Source: Escherichia phage P694. From it: a stretch of 40,477 nucleotides of DNA. The stretch is from sequence record NC_028863.1; one strand, given 5' to 3'. Position numbers and translations under genes: made by a program. Positions within the stretch are counted from its first letter, which is position 1. Every line of letters begins with the position of its first letter. Below are positions 28,063-38,692 of the stretch, piece by piece. The notes under the pieces were generated by a model. It saw nothing but the letters and a program-made list of their open reading frames with translations. It made no database searches and had not been told where the DNA came from.

Positions 28063-28187
28063 CTTCTCGCAAACTCGTAGGGGACAATGAGTCCCTTACT
28101 GAAGTTGAGCAAGAGCTAACGCCACAGCAGAAAGCTGCTCGTACCCGTGCTGCTAACAAGGCGGCAAAACTAGCTGCTGAACAGTAA
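27019..28187 (+). CDS. 10B: Minor capsid protein (10B) by programmed -1 frameshift near 28044..28050
   Basis: GGTTTTC at 28044..28050; the -1 frame stays open for 45 codons (QKGLTSRKLVGDNESLTEVEQELTPQQKAARTRAANKAAKLAAEQ) to TAA 28185..28187, resembling the T7 10B tail as recalled. Confidence 0.6.
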
Positions 28188-28198
28188 TAACTATATGA

Positions 28199-28239
28199 AA
28201 CCCCTTGGGTGCCTTCGCGGGTGCTTGAGGGGTTTTTTT
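28199..28239 (+). terminator. Intrinsic terminator for phage RNAP (T-phi-like)
   Basis: AACCCCTTGGGTGCCTTCGCGGGTGCTTGAGGGGTTTTTTT: GC-rich hairpin plus a 7-T run, close to the T7 T-phi sequence. Confidence 0.85.
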
Positions 28240-28258
28240 CAACTCACTAATGGGAGGA
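28234..28258 (+). promoter_or_regulatory. Truncated phage-promoter-like core immediately after the terminator (phi11-like)
   Basis: TTTTTTCAACTCACTAATGGGAGGA keeps the -9..+6 core but lacks the upstream TAATACG. Confidence 0.4.
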
Positions 28259-28267
28259 CATTTAACC

Positions 28268-28858
28268 ATGCGCTCATATGAAACAACGCTTGAGACAGGC
28301 GAAGAGTTGTCTGCTGTCAACGACATCTTGGCCTCTATCGGTGAACCTCCAGTATCAACCCTTGAGGGTGATGCCAACGCAGACGTAGCGAACGCTCGAC
28401 GTATCCTCAATAAGATTAACCGTCAGATTCAGTCCAAAGGCTGGACGTTCAACATTGAGGAAGGTCAACAGCTGCTACCTGATGTGTTCAACGGATTGAT
28501 TCCCTACATGTCTGACTACTTGGCTGTGTTCTCGGATGGCGGTGCCACTGCCTATGTAAACCGTGGTGGCTACGTCTATGACAGAACCAACGCTACCGAT
28601 GTGTTTAAGGCTCCAATCACTGTGACCATCATCCGACTGCGAGAGTTCTACGAGATGCCTGAATGCTTCCGCTACTGGATTGTCACCAAGGCTGCTCGAC
28701 AGTTTAACAACCGATTCTTTGGTGCTCCTGAGATTGACGCTGTGTTGTCCGAAGAGGAACAAGAAGCGAAGATGCAGTGTGCCGAGTACGAACTGGACTT
28801 CGGTAACTTCAACATGCTTGATGGCGATGCCTTCACTGGTGGTCTGCTGTCTCGCTAA
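28268..28858 (+). CDS. 11: Tail tubular protein A
   Basis: 196 aa from ATG 28268; near-identical to T7 gp11 over ...[52 protein letters not shown]... Confidence 0.95.
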   Translation: MRSYETTLETGEELSAVNDILASIGEPPVSTLEGDANADVANARRILNKINRQIQSKGWTFNIEEGQQLLPDVFNGLIPYMSDYLAVFSDGGATAYVNRGGYVYDRTNATDVFKAPITVTIIRLREFYEMPECFRYWIVTKAARQFNNRFFGAPEIDAVLSEEEQEAKMQCAEYELDFGNFNMLDGDAFTGGLLSR

Positions 28859-28877
28859 TAACTTAAGGAGGTCTCTA

Positions 28878-31256
28878 ATGGCTCTTATTTCACAATCCGT
28901 CAAGAACCTGAAAGGCGGTATCAGTCAACAACCAGACATCTTAAGGTTCCCCGAACAGGGTGCCGAACAGATTAACGGCTGGTCGTCTGAAACTGAAGGT
29001 CTCCAGAAGAGGCCACCTTTTGTATTCATCAAGACCCTTAGCGATGCTGGTGGTCTAGGGGCGAACCCTCTCGTTCACTTGATTAACCGAGATGAGCGTG
29101 AGCGTTACTATGTGGTGTTCACTGGTGGTACTATCCGCGTGTTCGACCTTGATGGTAAGGAGTATACAGTTACTGGTGATATGACCTACGTTGGTACTCC
29201 AAATCCACGAGATGACCTCCGTATGGTTACTGTAGCAGACTATACGTTCATCGTTAACCGGAATTGGACCGTTTCTGCTAACACCATTCCAGTATACCCC
29301 CTGAACCCCAAGGGCGACTGCTTGATTAACATCCGTGGTGGTCAGTATGGGAGAACCTTCCAGATTGGCATTAATGGCGGCGTACACGCATCACTTACTA
29401 TTGCGGATGGTAGCGCCCCCGAACATGTAAACCAGACCGACGCTCAATGGATTGCTGAACAACTAGCCACTAAACTGAGAGAGAGCCTATCGCAGTATGG
29501 GTGGGCAATCGACGTTGGACAGGGCTACATTCACATCAAGAGCACTGGAGGTAATCAGGTAGATACAGTAATGTCTAAGGACGGCTACGGAAACCAACTA
29601 ATGAACGCTGTGGTACATACTGCACAGTCATTCTCTAAGTTACCACTTGAGGCTCCCAATGGGTACACTGTGCAAATCGTTGGGGACACCTCTAAGACCT
29701 CTGATGCGTTCTATGTTCAGTACGATGCAGGACGCAAGGTCTGGAAGGAAGTCGTAGGGTGGAACGTACAGTCTGGTATCCATCGACCATCAATGCCACA
29801 TGCGCTGATTCGTAAGCCGGATGGGTCGTTCTCTCTTGAGGTTCTTCATTGGGAGGACCGTAAGTGTGGTGACATGGATACTAACCCCGACCCTTCACTG
29901 GTAGGGCAGACAATCAACGATGTGTTCTTCTTCAGGAACCGCTTAGGCTTCATTGCTGGTGAGAACATTGTGATGTCTCGTACCTCGAAGTATTTCAACT
30001 TGTTCCCAGCCTCTGTAGCAAACCTGTCAGATGATGACCCAATTGACGTGGCTGTCTCTCACAACCGAATCTCACTTCTGAAGTACGCGGTCCCGTTCTC
30101 CGAAGAGTTACTCCTATGGTCAGACCAAGCACAGTTCGTGTTGTCCGCTCAAGGTATCCTCTCACCGAAGACTGTAGAGCTAAACCTCACTACCGAGTTC
30201 GATGTGTCAGACCGAGCGAGACCTTATGGGATTGGGCGCGGTGTCTACTTTGCGTCACCTCGTGCCTCTTATACGTCACTAAACCGCTATTATGCGGTAC
30301 AGGATGTTAGCTCAGTGAAGTCTGCTGAGGATATGAGTGCACACGTTCCTAGCTACATTCCGAATGGTGTATTCTCTATTCGTGGGTCAGGAACTGAGAA
30401 CTTCGTGTCCGTTCTATCTGCTAACGCTCCGAGCAAGGTGTTCATATACAAGTTCCTGTACCTCAACGAAGAGATCGCACAACAGTCGTGGTCTCATTGG
30501 GAACTTGGGGATAACGTTAAGGTTAGGGCATGTGACTCTATCGGGTCAACTATGTACCTTCTTCTGGAGAATGCCTCACAAATCTGGCTGGCTAAGGCTA
30601 TGTTCACCAAAGACTCTGTGGACTTCTCGGACGAACCTTACCGTATCTATCTGGACAACAAGACACAATATGTAATACCTGCTGGTGCTTATAATGATGA
30701 CACATACAAGACACGGGTACATCTGTGGGATGTGTACAAAATGGGATTCCAGAAGGGAAACATTTCTATCGTTGAGATGGATGGTAGGGTTGAGACATTT
30801 GAAGAGCCACCTGAAGGTTGGTATGTTAGTCCTGAACTGTATCTAAATGGGAACAAGGAGGGTGCTAGAATATTCATAGGGTTCAATATTAACTTCCGAT
30901 ACGTATTCTCTAAATTCCTCATCAAGAAGGCCGCTGACGATGGGTCTACAGCAACCGAGGACATAGGCCGATTGCAGCTTCGACGTGCGTGGCTAAACTA
31001 TGAGAACTCTGGTGCATTCGATATTGAGGTTGAGAACACATCAAGGCTGTTCAGATACAATATGGCAGGTGCACGGCTAGGCTCAAACGCTCTTAGAGTT
31101 GGGGCACTAAACCTAGGCACAGGTCAATTCAGGTTCCCGGTATCAGGCAACGCACAGTTGAACATTGTCCGTATCATCTCTGACCACACTACGCCACTTA
31201 ACGTGATTGGTTGTGGCTGGGAAGGTAACTACCTGCGTCGTTCTTCTGGTATCTAA
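28878..31256 (+). CDS. 12: Tail tubular protein B
   Basis: 792 aa from ATG 28878 (TAAGGAGG RBS); MALISQSVKNLKGGISQQPDILR... and C-terminal ...GCGWEGNYLRRSSGI as in T7 gp12. Confidence 0.95.
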   Translation: MALISQSVKNLKGGISQQPDILRFPEQGAEQINGWSSETEGLQKRPPFVFIKTLSDAGGLGANPLVHLINRDERERYYVVFTGGTIRVFDLDGKEYTVTGDMTYVGTPNPRDDLRMVTVADYTFIVNRNWTVSANTIPVYPLNPKGDCLINIRGGQYGRTFQIGINGGVHASLTIADGSAPEHVNQTDAQWIAEQLATKLRESLSQYGWAIDVGQGYIHIKSTGGNQVDTVMSKDGYGNQLMNAVVHTAQSFSKLPLEAPNGYTVQIVGDTSKTSDAFYVQYDAGRKVWKEVVGWNVQSGIHRPSMPHALIRKPDGSFSLEVLHWEDRKCGDMDTNPDPSLVGQTINDVFFFRNRLGFIAGENIVMSRTSKYFNLFPASVANLSDDDPIDVAVSHNRISLLKYAVPFSEELLLWSDQAQFVLSAQGILSPKTVELNLTTEFDVSDRARPYGIGRGVYFASPRASYTSLNRYYAVQDVSSVKSAEDMSAHVPSYIPNGVFSIRGSGTENFVSVLSANAPSKVFIYKFLYLNEEIAQQSWSHWELGDNVKVRACDSIGSTMYLLLENASQIWLAKAMFTKDSVDFSDEPYRIYLDNKTQYVIPAGAYNDDTYKTRVHLWDVYKMGFQKGNISIVEMDGRVETFEEPPEGWYVSPELYLNGNKEGARIFIGFNINFRYVFSKFLIKKAADDGSTATEDIGRLQLRRAWLNYENSGAFDIEVENTSRLFRYNMAGARLGSNALRVGALNLGTGQFRFPVSGNAQLNIVRIISDHTTPLNVIGCGWEGNYLRRSSGI

Positions 31257-31284
31257 TCATAAACACCCCGACTCATTTAGTGAA

Positions 31285-31308
31285 CAATACGACTCACTAT
31301 TGGGAAGG
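31285..31308 (+). promoter_or_regulatory. Phage RNAP promoter (phi13-like)
   Basis: CAATACGACTCACTATTGGGAAGG. Confidence 0.8.
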
Positions 31309-31336
31309 GGTTTATACTATAGGAGAGAGAAACTCT

Positions 31337-31750
31337 ATGTTAATAATCAGACCTACTAAAGAATCAGACTTCGAGAGATTCACACCGTCACCTGAAGACA
31401 TCGCTGAGGCAAAAGCCTATGGCATTGAACCTTCGTTTCCACCAGCCTCTGAGTGCGTCACTATGTCTCTTCATGGGATGCCAGTGGCAATTGGAGGGAA
31501 CCGTGGAGACCAAGTGTGGTTCGTTACGTCTGCCCGTGTGTGGAAACTGAGTATGAAGACACGAAGAGAGTTCCGCAAGCTCATTCTAGAGTACCGCGAT
31601 ACGATGCTCAAACAGTATCCAATAATCTGGAACTATGTCTGGATAGGCAATAAGTCCCACATTAGGTTCTTGAAGTCTATCGGTGCGGTATTCCACAATG
31701 AGTTTACTGGTGACAGTAATCAATTCCAACTATTCACAATAGGAGGTTAA
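31337..31750 (+). CDS. 13: Internal virion protein A (gp13-like)
   Basis: 137 aa from ATG 31337; M.IIRPTK.SDFE.FTPS.ED.AEAKA.GIEP...WNYVW.GNKSHIRFLKSIGAVFH as in T7 gp13. Confidence 0.88.
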   Translation: MLIIRPTKESDFERFTPSPEDIAEAKAYGIEPSFPPASECVTMSLHGMPVAIGGNRGDQVWFVTSARVWKLSMKTRREFRKLILEYRDTMLKQYPIIWNYVWIGNKSHIRFLKSIGAVFHNEFTGDSNQFQLFTIGG

Positions 31751-31752
31751 CT

Positions 31753-32358
31753 ATGTGCTGGATGGCTGCAATCCCTATCGCTATGCAAGGTGCGTCTATG
31801 GTTATGGGCGGTATGCAGGGTGAACAGGCAAAGGCCGCACAGATTGACCAAGGTCGTCGACAAAGTTGGCAGATGGTAAAGGAGATGAACTATAACGAAG
31901 CTAACCTTAAGTTAGAATCTCGTGACCTCATCGACTCAACTGTCCAAGAGATGACCCAAGCGAGTATGAACCGTGTGAGAAACATGGGGACTATCCGTGC
32001 GGCAATCGGTGAAGGGATGCTTGAAGGTAACTCTATGGAACGTGTAGCTCGCGTTACCGAGGGTGACTTCCTTCGAGAGTCTCAAGGTCTCACTGAGAAC
32101 TATCAACGTGACTACAGTGTCATCTTAGGGAAGCGTATTGCCAACCGAGAGAACACAGTGAGTCAAATCAATGAAATCAACAAGTCTGAACCTAAGCTGA
32201 AAGGCAAGCTGGAACAAATCATTGACCCATTGGGTTTGGGCATGGGTAAGCTAGCTGGCATCGCAACTGCTGGTGGACTCTTAGAGGGCAAGCTGGCGAA
32301 GAAGGCTACCGATAAGGTTAAGGCTTCAGATGCTAAGTCTACCGGACAAAGTAAATAA
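31753..32358 (+). CDS. 14: Internal virion protein B (gp14-like)
   Basis: 201 aa; N-terminal MCW.AAIPIA... and central RAAIGE.MLEG.SM.R..RVTEG.F.RE motif as in T7 gp14. Confidence 0.85.
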   Translation: MCWMAAIPIAMQGASMVMGGMQGEQAKAAQIDQGRRQSWQMVKEMNYNEANLKLESRDLIDSTVQEMTQASMNRVRNMGTIRAAIGEGMLEGNSMERVARVTEGDFLRESQGLTENYQRDYSVILGKRIANRENTVSQINEINKSEPKLKGKLEQIIDPLGLGMGKLAGIATAGGLLEGKLAKKATDKVKASDAKSTGQSK

Positions 32359-32372
32359 AGGAGGTACAGTTT

Positions 32373-34652
32373 ATGAGTAAGTTAGCTCAAGCATTGGGTA
32401 GCATGAATGCTCCGTCTACTAGTCGTCTGCGTGGCACTGGTCGTGTGGAAGTGAAGGCTTCAACCGTCTATGAAGACCCTAAGTATGCCGAGAAGTCTAA
32501 GCTGATTGGCACTGTAGGTAAACTTGCTGAGATGGGTGCGGATGCTTACATGAAGTATGACCAGCACCAGAAGGATAAAGCAGATGAACGCTCTAACGAG
32601 ATTATTCGTAAGCTGACTCCTGAGCAACGTCGAGAGGCCATTAAGAATGGGACACTGTTATATCAGGATGACCCATATGCGATGGAAGCACTTAAGATTA
32701 AGACTGGTCGTAACGCTGCGTATCTTGTAGATGACGAAGTGGCACAGAAGGTGAAGAACGGTGAGTTCCGTACTCGTCAAGAGTTGGAAGAGTTCCGTCA
32801 CAGCCGACTGCAAGAAGCCGCTAAGAACTATGCGGAACAATTCGGTATCGACGAGACTGATGAGCACTATCAGAAAGGTTTCAACTCCGACATCACTGAA
32901 CGTAACATCGCCCTCTATGGTGCTCACGATAACTTCCTGAGTGACCAAGCTAAGAAGGGTGCTGTCATCAACAGTCGCGTAGAGTTGAACTCTGTGTTGA
33001 ACGACCCGGAAACCCTACGTTCTCCGTATGCTGGTGAGTTCTTTGAGAACTACTTCAGTGCTGGCTTGACGACTGGTAGTATCCCTAGTGATGACCAAGC
33101 GTTCACCATGATTAGCCAAGGTCTGTCTGACGTGGTTAACCGTGAAGGTGGTGGTCAGTTCTTACAACAGATTGAGAACCGCAAGGTCAAACTCCATGGC
33201 AAGGAGACTACCTTCAAGGAACTGATGGGTGCCGAACAGTGGAATAACTTGATGGTTAAGGCTCAACATAATGAGTTCCAGTTGAGTGCCAAGAAGACCG
33301 AGGCGTTCCAACTTAATGTGAACTCTGCGTTGAACCAAGAGAACGTGAACACTGGCTGGGAACAGTTGCAATCCATCAAGGCTGAACTGGACACACTGCA
33401 ACCGGGCGAAGAGATGACACCTGAACGTCAGGCGTTAATCAATGCACAGACGCAGATGCAGGACAGGATGAAGCGGGAGACCGCTGAGTTAGCCAAGCAG
33501 ATGGACAAGCAACAGAAGTCGATGAACAAGATGAACGTCATTGATGCACAGTTCCAGAAGCGACTCAATGGTCAGTATGTGTCTACTGCGTATGGCGATA
33601 TGCCAACAAATGAGAACACTGGTGAGTTCACTCATAGTGATATGGTCAATTATGCTAACAAGAAGCTGGCTGACATCGACGCTATGGGTATTCCTGATGC
33701 ACAGAAGGACCGCATGAAGCTCGACTACCTCAAGGCTGACTCCGATAAGGGTGCTTTCCGTACTGCGGTTGGTGAACTGATTGGTGATGCTGAGAAGGAG
33801 TGGACGTCCGCTGTGATTAACGGGAAGATGCCTGAAGATGGTGGAGTGGCACTTAATGCTCTTCGTCGTGTTCGTAATGCTGACCCTGAGTTGTTCGCTG
33901 CGCTGTATCCTGATAAGGCCGAGATGTTCCTCACTATGGACATGATGGACAACCAAGGGATTGACCCACAAATCCTGCTGGATGCAGATAAGGCTCGACA
34001 GTCTCTGACCAAAGAGATGCAGTACGAGGACGATAAGGCTTGGGCTTCTCTCATGAACAACTCTGAGTCTCCTGAGATTAAGTACATGCCGTCCCCTCTC
34101 CAGAATGGTGCTCGTAAGATTTACGACTCCGTTAAGTACCGCACAGGTAATCCCAACGCGGCAATGCAACAGGTCGATAAGTATCTCAAAGAGAACACTA
34201 CGACTCTCACAGGTGATGACGTTGATGGTGATACCATTGGTGTCTTAACGAGAAACTCCCTGCGTGTGACCGATGACCCTGACTCTTGGAAACAAGGTAA
34301 GGACATTATCGACACAGCCGCTAAGAAACTCGCTGAGACGAACCCTTGGGTGACTAACAAGCAACTCACTGTGTTCGAGCGTGGTGACTCTATCTACCTG
34401 ATGGACACTACCGGACAGGTAAACATTCGGTACGACAAGCAGTTGCTCTCGAAGATGTATCAAGAGAACCAAGCGAAGCTGGACGAGGAAGCCCGTAACA
34501 AGGCACTCAAAGATGCCAACAAGCGAACCCTACATACACGAGCTATGAACCGCAAGCGTGAACGTGAAGCTAAGAAGCCTAAACGCTCTGGCAGCATGTA
34601 CGATAGTGTGAGTGGCAAAGGTATTCTGGATACGCTAACTGGTAAAGACTAA
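32373..34652 (+). CDS. 15: Internal virion protein C (gp15-like)
   Basis: 759 aa (T7 gp15 is 747); position and RBS AAAGGAGG. Confidence 0.85.
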   Translation: MSKLAQALGSMNAPSTSRLRGTGRVEVKASTVYEDPKYAEKSKLIGTVGKLAEMGADAYMKYDQHQKDKADERSNEIIRKLTPEQRREAIKNGTLLYQDDPYAMEALKIKTGRNAAYLVDDEVAQKVKNGEFRTRQELEEFRHSRLQEAAKNYAEQFGIDETDEHYQKGFNSDITERNIALYGAHDNFLSDQAKKGAVINSRVELNSVLNDPETLRSPYAGEFFENYFSAGLTTGSIPSDDQAFTMISQGLSDVVNREGGGQFLQQIENRKVKLHGKETTFKELMGAEQWNNLMVKAQHNEFQLSAKKTEAFQLNVNSALNQENVNTGWEQLQSIKAELDTLQPGEEMTPERQALINAQTQMQDRMKRETAELAKQMDKQQKSMNKMNVIDAQFQKRLNGQYVSTAYGDMPTNENTGEFTHSDMVNYANKKLADIDAMGIPDAQKDRMKLDYLKADSDKGAFRTAVGELIGDAEKEWTSAVINGKMPEDGGVALNALRRVRNADPELFAALYPDKAEMFLTMDMMDNQGIDPQILLDADKARQSLTKEMQYEDDKAWASLMNNSESPEIKYMPSPLQNGARKIYDSVKYRTGNPNAAMQQVDKYLKENTTTLTGDDVDGDTIGVLTRNSLRVTDDPDSWKQGKDIIDTAAKKLAETNPWVTNKQLTVFERGDSIYLMDTTGQVNIRYDKQLLSKMYQENQAKLDEEARNKALKDANKRTLHTRAMNRKREREAKKPKRSGSMYDSVSGKGILDTLTGKD

Positions 34653-34675
34653 CAGACCACGATAGGAGGTTCCAA

Positions 34676-37600
34676 GTGGATAAGTATAACCCGAACGAAC
34701 CGCATGAATATGATGCGTTATTTCAACAAGCTGCTGACACACATGGAGTCTCCTATGGCCTTCTTCGGAAGGTCGGTTGGGTAGAGTCCCGCTTTAAGCC
34801 TACGGCTCAATCACCAACAGGACCGAGAGGTGTCATGCAGTTCACTAAGGCAACTGGTCAGGCTTATGGTCTCCAGAACGATGAAGATTTTAATGACCCG
34901 GCTAAGTCCATTGATGCAGGTGCTCGTTACCTTGCAGACCTCGTTAAGAAGTATAATGGTGATGAACTTAAAGCTGCCCTAGCGTACAACCAAGGTGAAG
35001 GACGTAATGGTAAGCCTCAACTGGAAGCCTACGATTCTGGTAACTTTGCAAACATTGGGGACGAAGGTCGTAACTATCTGCGTTCACTTCTGGATGTCGC
35101 TAAGTCTCCTAAGAGTGGAGACATTGAGTCATTCGGCGGTATCACCCCAAAGGCTAAAGGGATTCCGTTTGATGCTGCGATGAGTGGTATCGGGAAGAAA
35201 GGAAAGGTAACAACAGAACTCCCTGAGTCTCACGAAATGTCCTTTCAAGGTAAAGAACAGGCCGCTCCCAATCAGCCGTTCGGTAAAGACTATTGGGAAG
35301 CAAAAGGAACAACTCTTGACGAAGCCAATGAGCGTTCAACCTTCTTCGGATTCGGTAGTGCTGCTGAAGCAGAACTCTCCAACTCAACCTTGGGTGTTGC
35401 CTTCCGTGCTGGTAAGCGCGACAATGGTTTTGATGTGCTCACTGACGTACTTCAACCGACACGGTTTAATAGCCACATATGGTCGCCTGAAGAACTGGAG
35501 AAGATTCGGACTGAAGTAAAGAACCCTGCGTACATGAACGTTGTACTTGGTGGTTCCGCTGAGAACCTTGACGAGCTAATCAAAATGGCTAACGAGAACT
35601 TCGAGGCTGATGCTAAGGCTGCTGATGCTGGACTTGGTGCCAAGCTGTCTGCTGGCCTGATTGGTGCTGGTGTGGACCCGTTGACCTACGTCCCACTCGC
35701 AGGGAGTACAGCCAAGGGATTCAAACTGGTGAACAAGGCATTGATGGTGGGTGCTCAAGCTGGTGCACTTAACGTTGCCTCTGAGGGTCTGCGTACATCC
35801 GTTGCTGGTGGTAATGCTCACTATGCTGAAGCTGCCCTTGCTGGGATGTTACTGGCTGGTGGACTGACTGCTGTGGCAGATGGTGTTGCCGCTGGTCTCC
35901 GTAAGTCTGGTGCTGAACAGATTGAGAACCCCTTTGCTGCTGCACAGATGCGCTTTGAGGCTCGTGAGACTGCACGTAACACTGGTGGTTATGATGCAAG
36001 CCGTATGCCTCCTAGTGAAGACCGAGTGTTCTCACAGCACAACGGCGTTGAGTATTCACCTCTTGAGACCGAACCGGGTGCCGTAGTGTTGCGTGATGGT
36101 TCTATTATCAGTGACACCAACTTAGCTAACCCGATGACAGCCAGAGAGTTCGCCGAGGTAGACCCTGAACGTGCTGCTTGGGGATTGCCTATGCGTGGTC
36201 TGAGTGAAATCGGTCTGAGAACTCTACGTTCTGAACATGCTGAAATCCGTGGTCTCGCTAAGGACTTAGTGCGTTCACCTACAGGGATGGAGTCTGGCTC
36301 ACATGGTAAGTTCGGTGCTACCGCATCTGACATCAAAGAGCGACTGCACAGTACCAACCAGCGAACCTACAATGACCTCTATGGTGCAATGAAGGAAGCA
36401 ATGGCTGACCCCGAGTGGTCTGTGGGTATGTTCAAGAGTGGTGCTCAAGGTGCCCGTCAAGAAATCTATCGTCGTGCTGCTGTGGCTATCGAGCGTCCTG
36501 AACTTCAGGCTAACTTGACCAAGGCAGAGCGTAAGGTGATGGACATCATGAAGGAACACTTTGACCTCAAGCGGGAGATGATGGAGAACCCGTCGATGTT
36601 CGGTAACAAGGCCAACTCTATCTTCCCTAACAGTCGTCACAAAGGGACTTACGTTCCTCATGTGTACTCACGGGAAGCCAAGCAGTTGTACTCACAGGCT
36701 CTTGGTGGCTCTGATGGTTTACAGGAAGCAATCGCTGCAAGCTGGATGACCTCTTATCGTTCACGTCCAGAAGTTAAGGCTCGTGTAGATGAGCACTTAG
36801 CGGAGACCTTGGGCATCGACACGAAGGCTGTAACCGAAGAGATGGTGATGAAACATGCCAGCGACAAGGCTTATGGTATTGCGAAGACAGATGAGTTCAA
36901 CTCTTCAAGTGTCATTGACGATAACATTGAGGGTCTCGTTGGTATTGAGAACAACTCATTCCTTGAAGCCCGTAACCTATTCGATTCTGACATGCCAGTC
37001 ACCCTACCTAATGGACAGCCATTCTCTGTGAACGACCTCCGTGACTTCGATATGAAGCATGTGATGCCAGCATATGACCGCCGCGTTGATGGTGACATTG
37101 CTATCATGGGTGGCACAGGGAAGACCACTGCTGAACTGAAGGATTCCATTATGGCTCTCGATAAGAAGTCAGAAGGGAAGGGCACGATGAAAGGTGAAGT
37201 GGAAGCACTTAAGGATACCGTTAAGATTCTCACTGGTCGTGCTCGACGTAATCAGGATACTGTAGGTGACACTATGGTCCGTGCCCTGTCCGATATGTCC
37301 TTCTTTACGAAGAACGCATATATGGGCTTGCAGAACCTAACCGAAATCTCCGGTATGTTGGCGAAGGGTAACATTCGTGCGATGCTTCATGGTATTCCGG
37401 TACTGCGTGACTTAGCGTTCCGCAACAAGCCAGTCTCCGGTAGTGAACTCAAAGAACTCCACTCTATGGTGTTCGGTAAAGAGTTCGACCAGTTAATCCG
37501 ACCGACTCGTCAAGACATCATTCAGCGACTCCGTGAGTCAACTGATACACCTGATGTTGCAGCAAAGGTTGTCGGTTCTATTAAGCACACAACTCAAGAG

Positions 37601-38623
37601 TTAGCTGCCCGTTCCCCACTGACCAAGTTCCTCAACGGTACATCAAACTACCTTCTGGACATGGCTCGACAGGGTGTGATGGGTGATGTGGTCACTCACG
37701 CTATTACAGGCAAAGGTGCCAACAAGTGGATTAAAGGTGACATGCTGAAGTCTGCGAGTATCTCTAAGGAACAGTGGGAAGGCATTCAGTCTCTCATCCG
37801 GGAGAACGTGACTCGTGGTGAAGACGGTAAGTTCACCTTCAAGGACAAGCGTAAGCTGGCTAACGACCCTCGTGCTATGGACTTATGGCGTTTAGCTGAT
37901 AAGGTTGCTGATGAGACGATGCTCCGACCTCATAAGGTTTCCTTACAGGATTCCCATGCGTTTGGTGCTACCGCTAAGTTAGTCCTTCAGTTTAAGTCGT
38001 TTGTCATCAAGTCGATGAACTCTAAGTTTATCCGCTCTGGCAACGAAGCCTTTAAGAATCATCGTGCTATGGACATGGCGCTGACCTATGCTATCTCTGG
38101 TGGTCTTGCTGGTTCCTACTACGTGGCACAGGCTCACTTGAAAGCTGCTGGTCTTCCTAAAGAGCAACAGAAGGATTACTTGAAGAAAGCTCTGGACCCT
38201 AAGATGATTGCCTACGCTGCGGCCTCCCGAAGTTCACACCTTGGGTCTCCGTTGAGTATCGCCAACTTCGCTATGGGTGCTGCCGGTTACGACCAAGGTC
38301 TTATGGTCCGCTCTACGATTCTACCTAAAGGTGATGACAAGCGTGAGCGCAATAAGGCAGTAACTTCTCGTGACATGGGTGATTCCATTATGGGCGCTAT
38401 TGGTGAACAGGTTCCTGCTCTTGGGTTCGCTGGTGCCACTCTTGCTGCTGGTCGAAATGCTTATGGTGTCCTTACGGCTCCTAACAAAGTGACCGAGCGT
38501 GAGATGATGACTGGCTTGATGAATGCCCACCGAGAGATGATTCCTAACGACCCAATCTCTCAGCAGATGCTCATTAAGTTCTATGAGGCCAACGGTGTTC
38601 ACATTAAGGCTGACAAGAAGTAA
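34676..38623 (+). CDS. 16: Internal virion protein D with N-terminal lytic transglycosylase domain (gp16-like); GTG start
   Basis: 1315 aa; starts at GTG 34676 preceded by GGAGG; transglycosylase motif ...WVESRF.PTA.S.TGP.G.MQFTKAT...ALAYNQGEG. Confidence 0.93.
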   Translation: MDKYNPNEPHEYDALFQQAADTHGVSYGLLRKVGWVESRFKPTAQSPTGPRGVMQFTKATGQAYGLQNDEDFNDPAKSIDAGARYLADLVKKYNGDELKAALAYNQGEGRNGKPQLEAYDSGNFANIGDEGRNYLRSLLDVAKSPKSGDIESFGGITPKAKGIPFDAAMSGIGKKGKVTTELPESHEMSFQGKEQAAPNQPFGKDYWEAKGTTLDEANERSTFFGFGSAAEAELSNSTLGVAFRAGKRDNGFDVLTDVLQPTRFNSHIWSPEELEKIRTEVKNPAYMNVVLGGSAENLDELIKMANENFEADAKAADAGLGAKLSAGLIGAGVDPLTYVPLAGSTAKGFKLVNKALMVGAQAGALNVASEGLRTSVAGGNAHYAEAALAGMLLAGGLTAVADGVAAGLRKSGAEQIENPFAAAQMRFEARETARNTGGYDASRMPPSEDRVFSQHNGVEYSPLETEPGAVVLRDGSIISDTNLANPMTAREFAEVDPERAAWGLPMRGLSEIGLRTLRSEHAEIRGLAKDLVRSPTGMESGSHGKFGATASDIKERLHSTNQRTYNDLYGAMKEAMADPEWSVGMFKSGAQGARQEIYRRAAVAIERPELQANLTKAERKVMDIMKEHFDLKREMMENPSMFGNKANSIFPNSRHKGTYVPHVYSREAKQLYSQALGGSDGLQEAIAASWMTSYRSRPEVKARVDEHLAETLGIDTKAVTEEMVMKHASDKAYGIAKTDEFNSSSVIDDNIEGLVGIENNSFLEARNLFDSDMPVTLPNGQPFSVNDLRDFDMKHVMPAYDRRVDGDIAIMGGTGKTTAELKDSIMALDKKSEGKGTMKGEVEALKDTVKILTGRARRNQDTVGDTMVRALSDMSFFTKNAYMGLQNLTEISGMLAKGNIRAMLHGIPVLRDLAFRNKPVSGSELKELHSMVFGKEFDQLIRPTRQDIIQRLRESTDTPDVAAKVVGSIKHTTQELAARSPLTKFLNGTSNYLLDMARQGVMGDVVTHAITGKGANKWIKGDMLKSASISKEQWEGIQSLIRENVTRGEDGKFTFKDKRKLANDPRAMDLWRLADKVADETMLRPHKVSLQDSHAFGATAKLVLQFKSFVIKSMNSKFIRSGNEAFKNHRAMDMALTYAISGGLAGSYYVAQAHLKAAGLPKEQQKDYLKKALDPKMIAYAAASRSSHLGSPLSIANFAMGAAGYDQGLMVRSTILPKGDDKRERNKAVTSRDMGDSIMGAIGEQVPALGFAGATLAAGRNAYGVLTAPNKVTEREMMTGLMNAHREMIPNDPISQQMLIKFYEANGVHIKADKK

Positions 38624-38624
38624 A

Positions 38625-38648
38625 CAATACGACTCACTATTGGGAAGG
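38625..38648 (+). promoter_or_regulatory. Phage RNAP promoter (phi17-like)
   Basis: CAATACGACTCACTATTGGGAAGG followed by a GGGAAGGCT...AGCTTCCC hairpin. Confidence 0.8.
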
Positions 38649-38692
38649 CTAACACAGCTTCCCTTTATTATACCCAACTAAGGAGGTACATT

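Noticed and set aside
33489-34169. 226-aa minus-strand ORF (and others at 2920..3384, 9380..9802, 14426..14941, 20756..21112, 36299..36661)
   Set aside because: All are antisense to well-supported + strand genes, lack RBS context, and are expected by chance given codon bias.
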